A stretch of DNA of 40,379 nucleotides from an uncultured Lachnoanaerobaculum sp. (GTDB taxonomy: Bacteria; Bacillota; Clostridia; Lachnospirales; Lachnospiraceae): NCBI GenBank assembly GCA_963518365.1, contig CAUQKD010000001.1:1-40379 (forward strand), read 5' to 3'. The translations under genes were made by a program, and so were the position numbers. Every line of letters starts with the position of its first letter. Within the stretch, counting starts at the first letter, position 1. A model generated the notes under the pieces. It saw nothing but the letters and a program-made list of their open reading frames with translations. It had not been told where the DNA came from and ran no database searches. Shown here piece by piece: positions 34,389 through 40,379 of the stretch.

Positions 34389-35372
34389 TTATGTATATCT
34401 GTAGATTCCTCGAACGCTTACTTCGCCGCTTATTATTCTTTTTATTTTTCCGTTTGCATTTACAAGTAAGGCTCCGGTCTCATCAATACCCAGTGCCGTG
34501 GCAGGGTACTCGCCCTTAGGGTCAAGTATCATGACCTCTCTTCCTATATTGGCTAAACGGCTCTCATACTTTGATTTTAGAATGCTCATATCCTCAGTCT
34601 GCATAAAAGTATCAAGGTCTTCATAGAAATGATATATTGCACTTGAAATTATTTTGGCTCTGTCGGCTTTGGTACCGGTTTCAAGTAAGAGTGAAGAGGC
34701 GGTATCCTTTATATCATCGGGAAATGCGGTATCATATACATTGATTCCCACTCCCGATATAATATATTTGATACCGTCCATATCACAGCTCATTTCTGTA
34801 AGTATGCCACAGATTTTCTTTGAGTTGATAACGATGTCGTTCGGCCACTTTATAAGAGGAGATATATGGTAAAGTTCCTCTATTGCATCACAGATTGCGG
34901 TTGCCATAATGAGAGTGATCATAGAAGCCTTTTCAAGTGAAATATTCGGTCTGATACAAAGGCTCATATAGATACCTGTAGAGCTTGGCGAACTCCAACT
35001 TCTGCCAAGTCTGCCTCTACCCAGAGTCTGAGTATCGGCTACTACAAGAAAATCCGAGGGGATGGAATCCGCCGCCTTTTTGGCATAAGTATTGGTGGAG
35101 TCTATACTGTTAAAATACAAAATCTTAGGGAAAACCTTGCAGTCATACAGATGCATACAGGTCTCTATCTCAGCTTCATTCAGAATACTTTTATTCTTGG
35201 TAAGAAGATATCCCTTATTGTTGACCGACTCGATATCATAGCCGTCATTTTTCAGTGCGGTGACGGCTTTCCATACAGCGGTTCTTGATACTCCAAGCTT
35301 ATTTGAGATATCTTGACCGGATACATGGCTGTCGCTTGAAAGCAATATTTTTAAAACTTCGTCCTTTAACAT
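34389..35372 (-). CDS. birA: Bifunctional biotin-protein ligase/repressor
   Basis: N-terminal HTH (LGVSRTAVWK); DSTN, QTLGRGRLGRSW, KWPND, KICGIL, SGEVS. Confidence 0.96.
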   Translation of the reverse strand: MLKDEVLKILLSSDSHVSGQDISNKLGVSRTAVWKAVTALKNDGYDIESVNNKGYLLTKNKSILNEAEIETCMHLYDCKVFPKILYFNSIDSTNTYAKKAADSIPSDFLVVADTQTLGRGRLGRSWSSPSSTGIYMSLCIRPNISLEKASMITLIMATAICDAIEELYHISPLIKWPNDIVINSKKICGILTEMSCDMDGIKYIISGVGINVYDTAFPDDIKDTASSLLLETGTKADRAKIISSAIYHFYEDLDTFMQTEDMSILKSKYESRLANIGREVMILDPKGEYPATALGIDETGALLVNANGKIKRIISGEVSVRGIYRYT

Positions 35373-35386
35373 ATTACTCCTTAAAA

Positions 35387-35459
35387 TGTATCAAGTGGGA
35401 ATCGAACCCACCATCTTCAGAGTCGGAGTCTGATGCGTTATCCGATACGCTATTGATAC
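35387..35459 (-). tRNA. tRNA-Arg(CCG)
   Basis: GTATCAA/TTGATAC acceptor stem; GCGT/ACGC D stem; TCAGA-CT-CCG-AC-TCTGA; GTGGG-TTCGATT-CCCAC. Confidence 0.93.
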
Positions 35460-35671
35460 AAAAATTTATATTATGATGCCTGATGCAAATAAACATCGGT
35501 ATCACAAATATTAGAAAATTATATCATTTTTTATAATAAATTGATAGGTGATTTTTATTTCGAAATTTGATAAAATTATAGAAGTATGTTTTTAAGTCTA
35601 TATGGATTTTGCAAAGGCAAGTCTGTGTATAAAAGCAGTTTAAACAGTATTATTAGTATAAAGAGGAAGTT

Positions 35672-36493
35672 ATGAAGAATAGAAAAATAATAACGGGGCT
35701 GGGTATGATGGCGGTAATGATGGCGGTAGCTACAGGATGCAGCAAGAATGTCGCTACAACAACTCAAAGCACAGAGGCGACAACTACGGTACCTGAGTCT
35801 ACAATGTCTGAAGAGGAAAAGAAGTTATCGGATTATAAGACCTACGGTATGCAAAAGGATCCGATTCCGGGCATTGTGGAGCTTGTAAAGAACTATCAGT
35901 ACTCAAAGGTCAATGCGGATGCAAGAAGAATGTACAATGTGTTCGGAAGAAGTGATGAGGACGGACTTGCAGATTTACAAACAAAGCTTAACGATGAAGC
36001 CAAGGTTTATGAGTCGTTTGATGATACAGTCACCTATGTGACAAAGGGATATGAGCCGAACTCATATGTTGTATTTATCAGTTCAAATGTAAAGTTCCAT
36101 GACATTGATACAAAGGCGCCTATGCTTACTTGGGCATATGTGATGGAAAATCCTAAGGACGCTTTCTATATGGTGGAAAATGACAAGATGACCGAGGATG
36201 AAAAGAAGTATGTGGATGAGGTTTCAAAGTCCGAGGATATCATTGCACTTGATGCACAGATGAGAAAGGACCTTGCAGCAGCCGTAACAAGCGATATTCA
36301 GCTTGGTACACTTTACTCTATCTGGGTTAAGAACGCTTCAACAAATGAGACTGCGGCAGCTGCCGAGACAAGCGCTGCAGCCGAAACTTCAAGTGCCGAG
36401 TCAAGTGAAGAAGAAAGCACTGTAGAGAGTATCACTGAAACAACCAAGAACGAGGCTAATATATCCATAGCAGAGACAAAGAGCGGTAACTAA
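35672..36493 (+). CDS. Lipoprotein of unknown function with S/T/E/A-rich linker and tail
   Basis: Signal peptide with lipobox ATGC; GAGGA RBS. Confidence 0.8.
   Translation: MKNRKIITGLGMMAVMMAVATGCSKNVATTTQSTEATTTVPESTMSEEEKKLSDYKTYGMQKDPIPGIVELVKNYQYSKVNADARRMYNVFGRSDEDGLADLQTKLNDEAKVYESFDDTVTYVTKGYEPNSYVVFISSNVKFHDIDTKAPMLTWAYVMENPKDAFYMVENDKMTEDEKKYVDEVSKSEDIIALDAQMRKDLAAAVTSDIQLGTLYSIWVKNASTNETAAAAETSAAAETSSAESSEEESTVESITETTKNEANISIAETKSGN
36347..36409 (+). repeat. Degenerate 18-bp in-frame repeats ([17 protein letters not shown])
   Basis: gagactgcggcagctgcc gagacaagcgctgcagcc gaaacttcaagtgcc. Confidence 0.65.
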
Positions 36494-36494
36494 G

Positions 36495-37520
36495 ATGGAT
36501 GTAAAGGATTTTTGGTATGATTTGCCAGAGGAACTTATAGCACAGGACCCGCTTGAGGACAGAGCGTCTTCAAGGCTTTTGGTACTTGATAAGAATACCG
36601 GTGAGATTACACATAAGCACTTCTATGATATTATAGACTACTTGGACGAGGGAGATTGTCTGGTTCTTAATGAGACCAAGGTAATACCTGCAAGGCTTAT
36701 GGGAGTAAAAAAAGATACAGGTGCGGCGATAGAGATATTGCTGCTTAAGAGAAAGTCAAAGACCGCTTGGGAATGTCTTGTAAAGCCGGGGAAAAAGTGC
36801 AAGGTCGGTGCGGTAATTGAATTCGGTGACGGTTTGCTTATAGGAACTATAAGCGATATCGTGGAAGAGGGAAACAGAATCATAGAGTTTGAGTTTGACG
36901 GTATCTTTGAGGAGATACTTGACAAGCTTGGAACCATGCCGCTTCCTCCCTATATTACACATACTCTTAAGGATAAAAACAGGTATCAGACCGTATACGC
37001 AAAGAATGAGGGTTCGGCGGCGGCTCCTACGGCAGGACTGCATTTTACGAAGGAATTGCTTAAGAGAATAGAGGAAAAAGGAATCAGACTTGCCAAGGTG
37101 ACACTTCATGTCGGACTTGGAACATTCAGACCTGTGAAGGTGAGTGATGTAAACGATCATCATATGCATTCGGAGTTTTTTCAGATTTCAAAAGAGGCTG
37201 CGGATATAATCAACAGCACAAAGGCAAACGGGAAAAGAGTCATATGTGTGGGAACTACAAGCACCAGAACCGTAGAGAGTGCGGCGGATGAGAACGGACA
37301 TCTTGAGGAGAAATCGGGATGGACTGAAATCTTTATATATCCGGGATATAAGTTTAAGGTGTTGGATGCGCTTATTACAAACTTCCATTTACCTGAGTCC
37401 ACTTTGGTGATGCTTGTGAGCGCATTGGCAGGCAGAGAAAATATTTTGAATGCATACGAAGAGGCGGTGAAGGAGAGATACAGATTCTTCAGCTTCGGGG
37501 ATGCGATGTTTATAAAGTAA
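36495..37520 (+). CDS. queA: S-adenosylmethionine:tRNA ribosyltransferase-isomerase
   Basis: [49 protein letters not shown]. Confidence 0.98.
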   Translation: MDVKDFWYDLPEELIAQDPLEDRASSRLLVLDKNTGEITHKHFYDIIDYLDEGDCLVLNETKVIPARLMGVKKDTGAAIEILLLKRKSKTAWECLVKPGKKCKVGAVIEFGDGLLIGTISDIVEEGNRIIEFEFDGIFEEILDKLGTMPLPPYITHTLKDKNRYQTVYAKNEGSAAAPTAGLHFTKELLKRIEEKGIRLAKVTLHVGLGTFRPVKVSDVNDHHMHSEFFQISKEAADIINSTKANGKRVICVGTTSTRTVESAADENGHLEEKSGWTEIFIYPGYKFKVLDALITNFHLPESTLVMLVSALAGRENILNAYEEAVKERYRFFSFGDAMFIK

Positions 37521-37539
37521 TTTTTAGGAAAGGATTTTT

Positions 37540-38133
37540 ATGAAAAAGAGAAAAAGTTTTGTGGCATTGCTTATTTTATCATTGCTTACGGCAATGATGA
37601 GCTTCAGTGCATACGCCGCTTCGGTAAGGAAGGTCAGTACAAGCAATTACACACCGGTTCAGAGTGAGCCGTCTACAAGAATTTATGTAAGCAAGATGAA
37701 CAAAGAACTTACATTGATAGCGGACAATAAGGTGGTAGGCAAGTGGCCTTGCAGCCTCGGAGAGTTTTCAGCCAACGGAACAAAACAAAAGCAGGGAGAC
37801 AGAACCACTCCAACCGGTGATTACTATATCTGTGTAAGAAACGACAAGAGTGCATATCATCTTTCACTCGGACTTTCTTATCCGGACAAGGCGGCTGCCG
37901 ACAGAGGATTTGAGGCGGGTATCATTTCTCAGGCCGAGAAGGATGCTATATACAGTGCGATTGACAAGAAAGTATGCCCTCCGTGGAATACTGCACTTGG
38001 CGGAGCAATAATGATTCACGGCAACTATCAAAAGGGTGTACCTACAGCGGGATGTGTTGCTGTAAGTGACAATGTAATGGATATTCTGTGGCCGTACGGA
38101 CAGCTTGGAATCAAGGTTTCGGTAGGACCGTAA
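37540..38133 (+). CDS. Secreted L,D-transpeptidase (YkuD) family protein
   Basis: Signal peptide (AYA); KQKQGDRTTPTG, LGLSYP, IMIHG...TAGCVAV. Confidence 0.9.
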   Translation: MKKRKSFVALLILSLLTAMMSFSAYAASVRKVSTSNYTPVQSEPSTRIYVSKMNKELTLIADNKVVGKWPCSLGEFSANGTKQKQGDRTTPTGDYYICVRNDKSAYHLSLGLSYPDKAAADRGFEAGIISQAEKDAIYSAIDKKVCPPWNTALGGAIMIHGNYQKGVPTAGCVAVSDNVMDILWPYGQLGIKVSVGP

Positions 38134-38140
38134 ATATATA

Positions 38141-38177
38141 AGGCATATTGTAGCAGGGCTATGATATGCCTGTTTTT
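38141..38177 (+). terminator. Intrinsic terminator-like hairpin
   Basis: AGGCATATTGTAGC-agg-GCTATGATATGCCT 14-bp stem plus T5. Confidence 0.7.
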
Positions 38178-38199
38178 ATAAAAAAATCCGGAGGGATAG

Positions 38200-38679
38200 A
38201 TGAATATCAGATTGGCAAATACCTTGGATACAAACAGAATATTTGAGATATATGAGTACGCAAGAGCATATATGAAAGCCCACGGCAATTCTCATCAATG
38301 GGGAGATGACAGGCCTGAAAAATCTCTTATAAAAGACGATATAAAAAATCAAAGATGTTATGTAATGGAGGATGAGGGTCATATATTTGCCTGCTTTGTA
38401 TTTACAATAGGATTTGAAAAAGAATATGAGGCAAAATTTTCTTCAAAAGTCGAGTACGGCGTGATACACAGAGTCGCAAGTGACGGCAGTAAAAGAGGTA
38501 TTGTAGAGCGGATAGTGGACTTTGCAAAGGGGAAAGTAAATTTGATTAGGATAGATACACATGAGGACAATAAAACCATGCAAAAGGCCATAGAGAGGCA
38601 AAACTTTAAAAGACTTGGTATAATATATTTGAAAGACAAAAGTCCAAGGATTTTGTATGAATTAAAGGAGGGTTTATGA
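38200..38679 (+). CDS. GNAT family N-acetyltransferase
   Basis: ARAYMKAHGNSHQW, YGVIHRVAS, IRIDTHEDNKTMQ. Confidence 0.88.
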   Translation: MNIRLANTLDTNRIFEIYEYARAYMKAHGNSHQWGDDRPEKSLIKDDIKNQRCYVMEDEGHIFACFVFTIGFEKEYEAKFSSKVEYGVIHRVASDGSKRGIVERIVDFAKGKVNLIRIDTHEDNKTMQKAIERQNFKRLGIIYLKDKSPRILYELKEGL

Positions 38680-39155
38680 TAAGACATGTAAAGGATGATG
38701 ATTTGGATAGACTGGCAACGATAGAGGCGGCATCTTATCCGAAGGCTGAGGCGGCAAGCAAGGAAAGTATAAAAAAGAGAATGGAGAGCTTCCCGGAGTG
38801 CTTTTGGATTTTGGAAGAGGACGGCGTTATAAAGAGTTTTATAAACGGTATGGCCACGGATGAAGAGGATTTGACAGATATTATGTATGACGACGCGTCC
38901 ATGCACAAAAAAGACGGAAAGTGGCAGATGATATTTTCGGTAGTTACTGAAAAATCTTACAGAGGTCAAGGTCTTGCAAAACAGGTGATGAACAAGGTAA
39001 TAGAGGACTGTAGGGCAAGGGGACGAAAAGGAATAGTGCTTACCTGTAAAGACGGACTCAGATTATTCTATGAAGGATTCGGATATAAGGATGAGGGCAT
39101 ATCACAGTCAAATCACGGAGATACCATCTGGTATAAGATGAGACTTACATTCTAA
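38676..39155 (+). CDS. GNAT family N-acetyltransferase
   Basis: IEAASYPKAEAAS, YRGQGLA, LTCK...FYEGFGY; 4-nt overlap with the preceding gene. Confidence 0.9.
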   Translation: MIRHVKDDDLDRLATIEAASYPKAEAASKESIKKRMESFPECFWILEEDGVIKSFINGMATDEEDLTDIMYDDASMHKKDGKWQMIFSVVTEKSYRGQGLAKQVMNKVIEDCRARGRKGIVLTCKDGLRLFYEGFGYKDEGISQSNHGDTIWYKMRLTF

Positions 39156-39161
39156 TAAGCA

Positions 39162-39187
39162 TAAAGACCGGTATATGCCGGTCTTTA
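39162..39187. terminator. Hairpin between convergent genes
   Basis: TAAAGACCGG...CCGGTCTTTA. Confidence 0.75.
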
Positions 39188-39193
39188 ATATTA

Positions 39194-40102
39194 TCAACTG
39201 TTTTCAAATTTTTTCTCAGATATCAGTTCCTGTATATAATCTATAAACAGCTTGATTTCAGGGACTATCTTTTTGGAGTTCATGCAGTGCAGTGAAAAAT
39301 ATCTGGTTTTGGAACTCTCAAGCGGATAGGTAATTATCTGATCGCTACCCAAAAGATTTTGTATGGAAAATCTTGAACATATGCTGATACCTACGCCGCC
39401 CACTATCATATGCTTTATGGATTCAAGGTCGTTTGTCTGTACAACCACATTAAGTTCGGTCTTCTTTATTCCGAGACTTTCAAGCAGCTTGCTTGCAATA
39501 AACTGTGTACCTGAACCGTTTGCCCTAAGTATCATAGGGTGTTTCAATATATCTGATATTTTTGCATTGCTTTCCTTGAGGCGGCGGTATTCATCAGTAG
39601 CAGGTGTGACAAGCATAAGTTGATCGCTGCACACCTTTATAGATTCACACATAGGTGAACTTACTTCCTTGCCGGTAAATGCTATGTCCACACTGCCGTT
39701 TTGCAAAAGTTCCCCTATTTCATCGCTGCCGCCCTGCCAAATACTGAAATGTATCTCAGGATGTTTTTGCCTGAAGTCGGATATTATCTGCGGCAAAAGA
39801 TATGTGGACGGAATGGATGAGGCTCCAAGGTGTATCAATTTTTTCGTTGTCTGTTGTAACGAGAGTATGGCCTGATCTTTGGTCTCCACTATTTTTCTGG
39901 CATATGCAAGGAAGGCTTCTCCCTCGGAGGTCAGAGTAATTGACTTGGTGGTACGAAGAAGCAATTTCTTGCCAAGGTCGTCCCCAAGATTTTGTATATG
40001 TGAACTTACGGTTGACTGTGATAAATATAAATACTTTGCGGCCTGTGAGAAACTTTTCAGTTCTGCCGTAGCAACAAAGGCTTCCAATTGTCTAAATTCC
40101 AT
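39194..40102 (-). CDS. LysR-family regulator (CysL/selenium-metabolism-associated type)
   Basis: MEFRQLEAF, SFSQAAKYLYLSQSTVSSHI, GASSIPSTYLLP, GSGT. Confidence 0.93.
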   Translation of the reverse strand: MEFRQLEAFVATAELKSFSQAAKYLYLSQSTVSSHIQNLGDDLGKKLLLRTTKSITLTSEGEAFLAYARKIVETKDQAILSLQQTTKKLIHLGASSIPSTYLLPQIISDFRQKHPEIHFSIWQGGSDEIGELLQNGSVDIAFTGKEVSSPMCESIKVCSDQLMLVTPATDEYRRLKESNAKISDILKHPMILRANGSGTQFIASKLLESLGIKKTELNVVVQTNDLESIKHMIVGGVGISICSRFSIQNLLGSDQIITYPLESSKTRYFSLHCMNSKKIVPEIKLFIDYIQELISEKKFENS

Positions 40103-40253
40103 GACGATCTCCTTAGATAAGATTTTCTCTCATCTATTATATAGTAAAGTGGTTAAACTTGCCACTATATAGAACATTGTAAGCCGCTGAAAGCTTTAAA
40201 AACAGTGCTGAAAGACTTTTTTGAAAAAATTTTAATTTTTTTTTGAAAAAGTG

Positions 40254-40282
40254 TTGACATATGTTTGTATGTATTGTATTAT
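40254..40282 (+). promoter_or_regulatory. Strong SigA promoter of a tRNA gene/operon
   Basis: TTGACA-17 bp-TATTAT with an A/T-tract UP element. Confidence 0.8.
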
Positions 40283-40324
40283 ATCGAAGTGTTCAGCGAA
40301 CAGCAAACACAAAAACTTAAAAAA

Positions 40325-40379
40325 GCGCCTTTAGCTCAGTTGGTAGAGCAGTAGACTCTTAATCTATTTGTCCAGGGTT
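40325..40379 (+). tRNA. tRNA-Lys(CTT), cut by the window end
   Basis: TAGCTCAGTTGGTAGAGC D arm; TAGA-CT-CTT-AA-TCTA anticodon arm. Confidence 0.92.

Noticed and set aside
1..40379. CRISPR array, prophage, integrase at tRNA ends, riboswitches (preQ1, T-box)
   Set aside because: No spaced direct repeats, phage or integrase genes, tRNA 3'-end duplications or riboswitch signatures seen by eye; an Rfam cmscan would be the decisive check for RNAs

Overview
Low-GC Firmicute chromosome segment, most consistent with an oral/gut Lachnospiraceae (Lachnoanaerobaculum-like; inferred from gene content and codon style only). The housekeeping backbone comprises tuf, carAB, mscL, desulfoferrodoxin and rubredoxin, a rhodanese-TtcA fusion, pepT, an Rrf2 regulator, birA, queA, a LysR regulator and four tRNAs (Leu-TAG, Thr-GGT, Arg-CCG, partial Lys-CTT). 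An accessory stretch (~9.4-28 kb) holds a decayed VTC polyphosphate-polymerase gene behind an 11-bp-periodic Pho-box-like array, a complete AT-rich BceRS-BceAB-type module with its operator, an orphan three-gene branched-sugar-like cassette, an internally deleted IS3 element, a HAD/Zn-PLC/TerD/AIM24 operon, an HTH-LicC-LicA fusion and a divergent, apparently highly expressed cell-wall-binding-repeat protein. No CRISPR array, rRNA or prophage was seen. Best leads: the possible choline/phosphocholine neighbourhood (20954-27986), the branched-sugar cassette, two promoters whose spacer is the reverse complement of their own Shine-Dalgarno region, and the DUF1576-thioesterase and rhodanese-TtcA fusions. 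Family names are from motif recognition by eye, not database searches.
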